Assembly: GCF_006345805.1 (NCBI RefSeq)
Contig: NC_043006.1
Location: 72,912,001-72,976,000 of the forward strand
DNA from: Octopus sinensis
Lineage: Eukaryota
DNA: 64,000 bases
Direction: 5' to 3'
Under the pieces are notes generated by a model. It was not told the origin of the DNA and ran no database searches. It worked only from the letters and a program-made list of their open reading frames with translations. Positions 50,175 to 61,313 of the stretch are shown piece by piece (within the stretch, counting starts at the first letter, position 1; the number at the start of each line of letters is the position of its first letter). A program made the position numbers and the translations under genes.

Positions 50175-51871
50175 TATGAGTGTGTATATATGTTTACATT
50201 TTTATTCATACATTTATAATTAGGCCACAGCTACTATTGTAAATTAAGGCCAAGTGGAGAGTAAGAGAGAGAGAGAGAAAAAGTAAGAGAGTAAAAAAGA
50301 GAGTGAGTAACATTGAGAGAGGAAGTAAGAGAGGTCGGTAGTTTATATAATCACAAGGAAAAAATATAGATAAATGCACGTCAATCAATATATCTGTAAG
50401 AAAGAAAACAGGATGAGTAAAATAGCTGAGAGACCTGATTGACCTGATAGAATTACATTATTAGCTGAGAGAGGTGATAGGGGTTAAAACATATACCATT
50501 ATTTAAACAAATATATATACATATCTCCAGTGATAGTAATCAAGATAACAACTTTAAGCCTTCCATACTGTACACACAACTTATTGATTTTATTAAGAAA
50601 TATCTCTTGAATAGGTTTGACACGATCCAAGAGACTGCATTTTCCTCTTGAAACAAGAATGTTATCATTGGTGAACATTGACAGCTATTAGTTAAATCTA
50701 TTTACCTAGGTGACATTTAGATAGGTTGATGGGTGCAGACATTTCTGTGTAGTTAGGAAGTTTGTTTCGCAGTCATTCGGTATATTAGTTCCAGTGTGAA
50801 AAACTTTGGCCTTAATATCTTCCACAAAAAACCTTGGGCCAAAAAAAAGCCTTGTGAGTTGATATGGGAGACAGAAACTTGAAGAAGTCTGTCATATATA
50901 AGCCATCCATGGACAGACCTATAACCTGTCTTCATGTCATAATTTTTTCTGTGCAAAATAATATCAGCTGGTTGTAGGTCCTTAGTGAATGACTTTTATT
51001 CCAGGGATTTCCTTCTCCTCAGTGGATTGTTTTCACTAGGACTGGTGAGCACCATCTTCCCTTGACTATATTAGATGGCCATTGGCTCTTTTGAGTTCCT
51101 TCACTCTTTGACAGGTCTTGTTTTTCATCTCACAGGGTGTCCAGAAATCACTCTCTTCTCTAAGCAAGGTTGGTGGTGCTACCAGTTTAGTTGCCAATGA
51201 CTCAACCATGCAACAGGTTATACTGGGTTACATATTACCAGTAGTGTGTGTGTGTGTATGCATAATCATCATCATTTAATGTCCTCTTTTCTGTACTTAC
51301 ACGAGTCAAATGGGATTTGTTGAGGTAGATTTTCTATGGTTAGACACTCTTCTTGTCAGTTACCCTCACTTGTTTCTAAGTAGAGGTAATATTTCCTCAT
51401 GACATGAAATGTCTTCACAAAAGACCAGAAATGAATGACTTTGCTTATATTATAGTGATCCCCTTTTACAAGTATCATACAATGTCAAGACAAGGACACA
51501 CAAACACACACAAAATGGACCTCTTTCTATTTCTGTCTAATAAATCCATTTACATGATTTTTAAGTCAGCTCATGGCTTTGCTAGAAGACACTTGCCATG
51601 CAGCAGGATTGAACTCCAAATCACATGATGGGAAACAAACTTCTTGACTACATAGCCATGCCTGAGCATTATAAGTGTGTATGTATACACACTGTAAGGT
51701 TGTTTTTTCGTCATTTATCTCTCTACTCCTCCTATTACCTTATTGTATTTCTATTCTATTCTTTCTTTGTTTCATTAGATTATATCCCCTCTCTCTTATT
51801 GTCTCTCTTTCTCTTCTTCACTCTCTCCCTTTTCTTTCATTCTAGGTTAGTCTGTTTAAGGCCATACAAAC

Positions 51872-52242
51872 CTGTAAGCTTCTTTCTCAGCTGGCTGGCC
51901 ATAAAATGGTTTCTCCCAAGCATTATGATATCGAGTGTGCTCTTTCTGTCTCATACGCAGACTTCGGTGTTCATTCTGCCAATGCTGGTCATAAGTTTCC
52001 CAGTGCATATTAATTCGTTTCTTTGGTGTCAAAGGTTTCAAAGGATTTATTCGTGGGGGTATTTTGATCTTGTCACTCGGTACTTTTGTAAGTTCTTTTG
52101 GTGGATAGGGCCCGAAAATTTTTGAATAATTTGTGCAAGATCGATGGAACACCGGAGTACTCACTTTAGAAATTTTTGGTAGGTAGATACGGGACATTTT
52201 GCTTGAGATGTATTTCTTTCTGTCTCTGACCTGTTTTATCAT
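51872..52242 (-). CDS. First coding exon of an uncharacterised 223-aa host protein (MIKQVRDRKK...HWQNEHRSLRMRQKEHTRYHNAWEKPFYGQPAEKEAY-R)
   Basis: Non-repetitive ORF 51856..52242. Acceptor tatttcag|GG at 52253-52255, with an in-frame TAG just before the ATG at 52242. Donor TTACAG|gtttgt at 51871 leaves phase 2 (AG), which matches the next exon. Confidence 0.85.
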
Positions 52243-52320
52243 TGACTATTCCCTGAAATATAAGAGTAAAGTAAGAGATAAAAGGAATATCATGCAGGGA
52301 AAGAAATTGAAGCTTCTGAT

Positions 52321-53183
52321 CAGGAGTGGATTAAGACCTATAGAGGCCCTAAGCACTTGAGAGATATTGATGGCTTCATATATATGTAATCCAAAGTATA
52401 AATAATGATATACTATAAAATAAATTTGTTTATTCTAAAATGAAACAAAACTAACAGTAAAATGGAAAATAATGTTTATTTTTGTATGCTTCTACTTTAT
52501 TTATATTTGAAAAGTTTCTCCTACTTTGATTCAGATCCTCACTATGACATCATGAACACTTCCAAGTTATATTTCTGATCATATATACTCTAACTTTTCA
52601 TCATCTGATACAAGATCACTGCCTCCAATCAAGATCACTTGATTCAGATCCTCACTATGACATCATGAACATTTCCAAGTTATATTTCTGATCATATATA
52701 CTCTAACTTTTCATCATCTGATACAAGATCACTCACCTCTTGTTACTTGGTGATCCTGCCAGTGCTGATGTCACATAAAAAACATCCAGTCCACACTGTG
52801 AAGTGGTTGGCATTTGGAGAGGCATCTAGCTGTAAAAACCATGGTAAAACTGACCTTGCCTGTGCTTATGGGACATAAAAAGTGCTCAGTCCGCTCTATA
52901 GGGTAGTTGGCATCCAGCCATAAAAACCATGCCAAAACAGACCCAGTAGCCTGGGGTAGTCTTCTACCTGGCCAGCTCCTGTCAAACCCATGCCAACATG
53001 GAAGGGTGGATGTTAAATGATGATGATGACAACAACGAGGGTGATAAACCACTGTGAATATTATTTTGGCAAGTTTAAAGTGATTTCTTTTGTGCAATAA
53101 GCCATTTACCATTTCTGTGCTGCCCCGCTTCCTTCGATGCCCTAAGCACTTGCTTATTTTGCTTAATGGTTAATCCAAAGCTG
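52321..53183. mobile_element. Non-autonomous hAT element with an internal ~111-bp-period duplication and a SINE insertion; partial inverted copy at ~30912-31205
   Basis: TIRs CAGGAGTGGATTAA / TTAATCCAAAGCTG and TSD CTTCTGAT / CTTCTGAC. 52527-52622 is repeated at 52638-52733. Confidence 0.75.
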
Positions 53184-53695
53184 CTTCTGACATTGTTTCA
53201 AATTTTAGCACAAGGCTGGAAATTTTAGCAGAAAAGGGCATAGTTTATTACACTGACCTTAGTACATGACTGATGCTGCTGATAATAATGGTTTAAAACT
53301 TTAGTACAAAGCCAGCAACTTTGACAGGAAGGGACAAGTTGATGGCATCAACACCACTGCTAGACTGGTAATATTCTATTGACCCTAAAAGAATAAAAGG
53401 CAAAATTGACTTGGGTAGAATTTGAACTCAGAATATAAAGAGCCAGAAGAAAAATGCTGCCGAACATTTTGTCCAGTACACTAATGATTCTGCCAGTTTG
53501 ATTGTTGTGATGCTTCTAACAATAATGATCATAAAACTGTACATCTGAGAGAACAGGGTAGTCCAAATATTTAGTAACTCTTTTTTTTTATACTGCTTTT
53601 ATAGATTTCCATGACTCTCTTTAGACATTCAGTTCCATTATTATGAATTTGAATAGGAAGCTTGAGCCATAGTGAATCTTTCATTAGCTGCTTAC

Positions 53696-53900
53696 ACAAC
53701 CATGGTCGCCATCCCTTTGGATGTGGTGATAGAGGTTGGTGATCCTGACAGTTGATCTTCTAGGATTACTCTGCTTAGCATCAATGTAAGAAACACTGTT
53801 GGCTCTATTGAGCTCTTCCACTACTACTTCACAATCTGCCATGTTGCAGTCTCATGACTATGCCGTATCCCTGGCAGGGTGGCTGAATGGTTGCTATGCC
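53696..53900 (-). promoter_or_regulatory. Possible non-coding first exon/promoter region of the minus-strand gene
   Basis: Unique, relatively GC-rich patch about 1.4 kb upstream of the first coding exon. Donor-like TTGT|gtaagc at 53695 and an X-box half-site-like GTTGCTATG at 53890-53898. The splice acceptor on the first coding exon requires an upstream exon somewhere. Confidence 0.25.
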
Positions 53901-54597
53901 TTGTTAAAAGGCAGCCCATAACTATGCAGGGCTTGGTTGTCACTCTGTGCGGTATTTTCAAAATACCCACATACCGCAAAGTGACCCTAGTATTTGTTTT
54001 ATCAATGGAGAGCAAAGTTTACTTCCATGAGATTTGAACACACACACAAAATGATATTCCTAAATGCCACAAGACATTTTGTTCAACTCTCTACCAATTC
54101 TGTCAATCTAGTGTTTTGATATAGTAGAAATTGGGAATTAGTTAAACTGGAAAAAAGATTTGCATGAGAACAAAAGAAAATGTTTTTTAAAAAAAAAACC
54201 CCTAAAAGTACACAGAAGACAAAAGAAGAGAGGAATTAGAAAATATAATAGGCACAGGTGTGGGTAGGTACAAGCATGTAGTTTGGGCTCAGTCCCACTG
54301 TGTAGAATCTTGGGCAAGTATAATCTGCTACACAGCTTGGCTGACCAAACCCTTGTGAGTGGATTTTATAGACAGAAATTGTGGAAGCCTATATCACATG
54401 TGCAAACATGCATGCATGCATCCTTGTTTTGACATTGTTTAATAGTTGTAAACAAGTGTCACCACCATGCAAGAGGTCTCCTTTGTTTTCAATTTTCCAT
54501 GAAGTCATGTTGAGTCATGGAGATGTATACTTTTCTACACTAGGCACAATGCCCGAAATTTTTGGGGAAGGGGCCAGTCGATTAGATCGACTCCAGT

Positions 54598-55827
54598 ACA
54601 CAACTGGTACTTAATTTATTGACCCCAAAATGATGAAAGGTGAAGTTGACCACAGCGGAATTTGAACTCAGAATGTAAAGACAGATGAAATACCTATTTC
54701 TTTACTACCCACAAGGGGCTAAATACAGAGAGGACAAACAAGGACAGACAAACGCATTAAGTCGATTATATCAACCCCAGTGCATAACTGGTACTTATTT
54801 AATCGACCCCGAAAGGATGAAAGGCAAAGTCGACCTCGGTGGAATTTGAACTCAGAATGTAGCAGCAGACGAAATACCGCTAAGCATTTCGCCTGGCGTG
54901 CTAACGTTTCTGCCTGCTTGCCGCCTTAGTCATAGAGAAATATTATCTTGCTAGGAAACAAGTAAAGGTTGGTGACAGGAAAGGTATCTAGTTGTAGAGT
55001 GTCTGTCTCAATGAGTTCTGTTTGACCCTTAGAAGCATGGAAAAGTGGATGTTAAAATGATGATGAGGATGATGATTGAAGTAAAATTGGAGAGATAAAA
55101 AACACTCTATTTCCAATATTCTACATTTAACAAAGAAAGTAAGCCAGAAGAAAAGCTGAAAGACTAAAATATGGGAAAAATAATTTTTGAAATCCTTTAA
55201 CTGGAGAGGGTTTGTGTAATGGATGAACTTCCAATTATATGTTACTTAAATCTGAAGCGTGTGCACACACACGCACACACGCACACGCACACACACACAC
55301 GCACACACGCACGCACACACACACGCACACACACACGCACACACACACGCACACACACACGCACACACACACACACAACCACACAAGTATATATATATAT
55401 ATATGTAAACTCATTGAGACAGACACTCTACAACTAGATACCTTTCCTGTCACCAACCTTTACTTGTTTCATAGCAAGATAATATTTCTCTATGACTAAG
55501 GCGGCAAGCTGGCAGAAATGTTAGCACGCCGGGCGAAATGCTTAGCGGTATTTCGTCTGCTGCTATGTTCTGAGTTCAAATTCCACCGAGGTCGACTTTG
55601 TCTTTCATCCTTTCGGGGTCGATTAAATAAGTACCAGTTATGCACTGGGGGCGATATAATCAACTTAATCCGTTTGTCTGACCTTGTTTGTCCTCTCTGT
55701 GTTTAGCCCCTTGTGGGTAGTAAAGAAATAGGTTTTTCATCTGTCTTTACATTCTGAGTTCAAATTCCGCTGTGGTCAACTTCGCTTTTCATCATTTTGG
55801 GGTCAATAAATTAAGTACCAGTTGTGT
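54598..55827. repeat. 420-bp inverted duplication with a 390-bp spacer
   Basis: 54598-55017 is the near-identical reverse complement of 55408-55827, including the junction between two different repeats. Confidence 0.85.
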
Positions 55828-56609
55828 CTCTCCCACTACTTCATGACTGCTATTGGTTTATTTACATCCACATAACTTAACAGTTCAGCAATAGTGACCT
55901 ATAGAATAAGTATCAGGCATTAAAATAAGAGCTGGGGTCAGTCTGTTTGACTAAAAGCCCTCAAGGTGGTACCTGAGCATGGCCATAGTCCAATGACTGA
56001 CACCCGTTAAAGACAAAAGCTAAAAAGATGTTAAAATTTGAGCTTGGAACCTAAAAGAAAATAATGAAATTCTGCAAGACATTTTGTTATATCCGATGCT
56101 CGACTGATTCTTACCAGTATTTCTCCACCTTATACTTGATAGTGATATTAAAATAGTAAACTATGCTAAACATGACTATTACCAGCATCTGAAGGAAAAA
56201 CTGTTATCTTCTACCCAGGTAGATAACTGAATATTGTTGGTGCTAAACTCTCTCTCACAATAAAACAAGATAAAAATATCAAATCAACATCTGTTGACAG
56301 ATAAAAACTTGTTTTCATTTGCTGCTAATATTATTAAACATGACTAACACATTGTGTGTGTGTGTGTGTGTATCAACAGATTGTTATTTTTATGTGTAAA
56401 TAGTGTTCAGTGGGTAACCTGCTGCAACTGCATGAAAATAAAGCAATTCCTTAAAAAGGTATTTTTCACTTCTATTATACCAGAATGCATTGGTTTTGTA
56501 TAGATATGTGAGTGTGTGTGTGTATGTATTATATATATATATGTGTGTGTGTATGTGTGTGTATGTATTATATATATATATGTATGTATGTGTGTGTGTG
56601 TGTATGTAT

Positions 56610-56640
<31 letters not shown>

Positions 56641-56647
56641 GTATATA

Positions 56648-56682
<35 letters not shown>

Positions 56683-58599
56683 TATTTATTTCAGTCATTT
56701 GACTGTGGCCATGCTGGAGTACTGCCTTTAGTCGGGCAAATCGACCTGCAGGACTTGTTCTTTTTAAGCCTAGCACTTATTCTATCAGTCTCTTTTACCA
56801 AACCACTAAGTTACAGGGATATAAACAAACCAGCATCAGTTGTCAAGCGATGCTAGGGGGACAAACACAGTTGCACAAACTTATATATATACATACATAC
56901 ATACTTAAATACATAAATACCACACAGTGAGACTGAACCCAGAACCATGTGGTTGGAAAGCAAGCTACTTAACACACACCCACTCTTGCACCTGTGTGTG
57001 TATGTGTGTGTGCTATATATATATATATATATATATAAAATGAAACAAAACTTTTCTAAACTAGAAACCTTAAATAAGAATTACCATAGCTGTAATTAGA
57101 AAAGTATTATCATAGCCCTAAGTAGAATCCTAATGAAGAACAATCCTGTAATATCAATGCAGTGTATAATATAAACAACAAAATCACCATAAACTAAGAA
57201 ATCAAGACCCATTTAACAAGTTTGTCCTATGAGAACTGTAGTAGACTAGCAAAGTTAGATGAATTATATCCCTTTGCTGGTAGTGTTGCAGCTGACACCT
57301 ATATATTCCAGTGGTTGTCAATCTCCCTCTCTCTCTCACTGCTTGGACACCAAAGAACATGGATCTCTCTTTTGGTTTACCTATGCCAGAACAGCATGCA
57401 AGAGTTTCACTGAAATGTTCCGCCTGTTGCTATTTTTCTCTGACCACATGTTCAACAAAGTATACTCATTATTTACAAAATGTTTTGCTTTAGCTGTGTT
57501 AACTCCAGTAATTTCTATGAACTCTCTATGTGAGTATTGTATATATTTTGACTGAGACACTTCAGCTCATTGCTTTCGCTCACAACAATAAAAAATAGTT
57601 TAATGTTAAATGATGTCTCATTTCCTTATTGCATTCTTCACGCAAAAGTTAGTGGTAACATCTTATTTACACTCTACTAAAAAGTGGTGACCCCTGACAA
57701 TTTAGAACAACAACACAAAATATTAAAGACTGACCGGCAACAAGTACATAGATCTGAGGAATATTTGCATTAAGAAAATTCCATTGGAGAAAAATAAAAT
57801 AACTATCTTCTACTCATCACATCTTTATCATCTTCTCTCTTTCTCTCTCTCTCTCCATCTGAGGTTGCCATATTTTTCCTTTTTTTTTGTACCTCATTAC
57901 TACTCCCCACCATGCTCAGTCGAGGGGTTTTGTCCTGAAAATTACTGGTGCCATGTAAAAAGCACCCAGTGCACTCTGTAAATTGGTTGGCATCAGAAAG
58001 GAAATGCAGCCATAGAAATCATGCCAATTTAGACAGCAGGGCTTGATACAGTCTTCAGACATCCATTTCTGTCAAACTGTCCAAATCCTGTGAGCATAAA
58101 ATTCGGTTATTAAATGGTGATGATGAAAATGACCAATAGTCTAAATAAAATAAATGATAAGCTTTTATGAATTAGCATAATTACCTGGTTTTTACTGGAC
58201 ATGGATAATTACATAGTTATTTACTGTTAGCGTGTATGGAGTCAGATCCTGCACATAAGATTGGCTATGACATTCCAGTAATTATATGAAAAAAAGAAAA
58301 TACATACAAAAACTAAAAGATACGATACAACAACAATAACAACACTCAGCACAGCATATAAACTGCTGTCTGCGAGGCTGAAGGATATTGAATTGAGGTA
58401 TGTGCCATCAAAACAGCACAAAAGTGCCATCCTGCATTCTTCAAAAATTCTAAGAAATATTCTTGAGATTGGAGGAGACTTGCTGCCAAACTTCAGGATA
58501 ACACCCCTGCTAATTGAATTTGCATGTAACAGACTGATGATAATAATAATAATAATGGTAATAATAATGGTAATAATAATAGTAAATAGTGGAACCTAG

Positions 58600-59225
58600 A
58601 ACATGACAATGGCACACATCGTGGAAGAATGCCCAAAGTTGGCACAAAAAGAATATAAGAAATGGAGGCATGACCAGATCATAAAAGTTATACACTGGAA
58701 ACTGTTTCAGAAATGGGGATTTGAAGCTGGAAACACATGGTATAATCATCGAGCCAAAAGGGTACTGGAGTTGGAGAAGTGTAAGATTTTGTGGGACTTT
58801 CCTATTCAAACAGACAAGAAATTAGAAAATAATAGACCAGACATAATGATTATAGATAAAGAAAAGTGAAGTTGCTTAGTTGATTCTAGGATGCCTACTT
58901 GATTCCAGGATTGTAAAGAAAGAGGAAGAAAAACAAAAAAAAAATAATCAAACCCATAAAATTTGAAATAAGAATTTGGAGCATGCAAACAGTAAAGGTC
59001 GTGTCAGTAGTAATTGGTGCACTGGGAATAGTAAGCCAAGATATAGACAAATGGCTGAAGGAGATTGAAATAGAATACTCGGTGGAGCTCCTACAAAAAG
59101 TTTGTTTCTTAAGGACGGCAAGGATTATCAGGAGGGCTCTAAGCACTTCAAGACTGCTGAAAACTTGTGGATACTTAAGATTACTAGTAGTGATCTGCTA
59201 TCCACATAATTCCTACTGGGAATAA
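58600..59225 (+). mobile_element. R4/Dong-like non-LTR retrotransposon 3' fragment (CCHC end plus RLE)
   Basis: TMAHIVEECPKLAQKEYKKWRHDQI...ILWDFPIQTD...RPDIMIIDK...VVIGALG...LQKVCFLRTARIIRRAL, flanked by (AAT)n. Confidence 0.85.
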
Positions 59226-59344
59226 GACCAAACCTGAACCAAACCAAAATAATAATGATAATAATAATAATGATAATATTGTCTCTGGCTTCCCAATCCT
59301 GGCTAAGAAGGAATATATTTACAGACATGATAGAGTTGAGATCT

Positions 59345-59915
59345 ATATACACTGGAAGCTAAGCCAACACTATGGAATAACAACAGAAAAAAGATGGTAT
59401 AGGCACACACCAGAAAAAGTCACAGAAAATGAGAAAGCAACCATACTTTGGGATATGCCAATACACACAGATAGAGAAATGAAGGACAATAGGCCAGATA
59501 TAGTTGTCAGAGATCAAGAAAAAATATGCTTTCTAATCGATGTATCAATAGCAAGAGATGACAACGTTTCTCGAAAAGAAATGGATAACCCATCAAAATA
59601 CGACCTGGAAATAGAGGTAACTTGAATGTAGAGTCTAAAAACAGAAATAATTCCTATCATAGTAGGTGTGTTAGGTATGATAAAAAAATATTCAGATAAA
59701 TACATAACAAAAATACCAGGACTAACAAGTATCTATAACATACAGAAAATACCACTACTAGACACCATATACTTCCTACGTAAAACACTTTCGATACAAT
59801 AACCATAAGAGCATCACAACAAACCACAGCACATACCCAAGGCACACAGAGCTGCGCTCTGTAGTGCAGTGAAAGCACATGATAAAAATAAGACTACTGA
59901 ATAATAATAATAATG
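59345..59915 (+). mobile_element. Second R4/Dong-like 3' fragment, different subfamily
   Basis: WYRHTPEKVTENEKATILWDMPIHTDREMKDNRPDIVVRD...FLIDVSI...IPIIVGVLG, ending in ACTACTGAATAATAATAAT. Confidence 0.85.
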
Positions 59916-61313
59916 TTAATCCTTTCTACTATAGGCACAAGGCCAGAAATTTTGTGGGAGGGGGATAGTTGATTACATTGACCCCTGTGTTCAACTGGTA
60001 CTTATTTTATTGATCATGAAAGGACGAAAACCAAAGTTGATCACAATGGAATTTGAACTCAGAATGTAAAGATGCATTTTGCCTGGTGTAGGAATGTTTT
60101 TGCCAGCTCACTGCCTTAAATTCTTTCTAATCTTGGCATAAAGTCAGCAGTTTTAAGGGATGGGACAAATCAGTTACATTGACCCTGGTACTTGATTGGT
60201 ATTTTATTTTAACAACCTTGCATGGATGTAAGGCAAAGTTGATCTCAGTGAGATTTGAGCTCAGAACAAAAAGAAATGTCCCTAAGATTTTTGTGTGGTG
60301 TGCTAAAAATTCTTCCAGCTGGATACCATTAGTTTGTAGCTGAGGCACAAAGCCAATAATTTGAAGGTAAAGGTTAATTAATTAAATCGCTTACAAAGAA
60401 TGTCCTGGGGTCGATTTGTTCAACTAAAGGAGGTGCCCCAGCATGGCTGCAGTCAAATGACTGAAACAAATAAAAGAGTAAAAGAGTATGTGGTTAAGAA
60501 GCTTGTTTCCCAACCATGTGGTTTTAAGTTCAGTTTCAATGTGTGACACATTGGGCAAATATTTTCTACTACAAACCTGGGCCAACAACAAAGCATTGTG
60601 AGTGGATCTAGTAGAGGGAAACTGAAAAGAAGTCCATCGTGTATGCGAGTGTGTGTATGTGTGTGTGTAATTTTGTGTGTACTGTTGTCTAGATAGATAT
60701 CAAGCGATGATTGTAAATGAGCATCACTGTCATACAAACAAAGTTGTTCATTTCCAGTCTTCCATGAAAACATGTCTGGCCATGAAGAAATATTACCTCG
60801 TTAGAAAGCAGGTAAAGATTGGCTACACGAAGGGCATCAGGCTGTAGGAAATCTGCCCCAACAAATTCTGTCTGACCCACGCAGTCTTGGATAAGTGGAC
60901 ACTAAAAGATGATGATGATCTCATAGATAAGCAAAATACTAGAAATTTCTGTGATTATATTGCTTTCAAATTTTGGCACAAGGCCAGTAATTTCAAGGGA
61001 GGGGGCTGAGTCACTTACCTTGACCCCCAGTTCTCAACTGGTACTTATTTTATCAACCCATAAGGATAGAAAGCGAAGTTGACTTTGATAGTAGTTGGAC
61101 TCAGAATGTACAGATGGACCAAATTCCACTTAGCACTGTGCTAATGATTCTTCCAGCTCACCACCTTATATTTGTGTGATTATATTGATGCCGGTAGTTA
61201 ATTGGGACTTGACTTTATTTAGATCTGGAAACATTAAAGATAAAGTCAGCTCCAATGTAATTTGAACCTAGGACATAATGTTGCTAAACACTGCAACATA
61301 TTTTTTTCTACCA

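Noticed and set aside
51625-52125. 166-aa hydrophobic plus-strand ORF
   Set aside because: Antisense shadow of the real minus-strand exon plus pyrimidine-rich intron.
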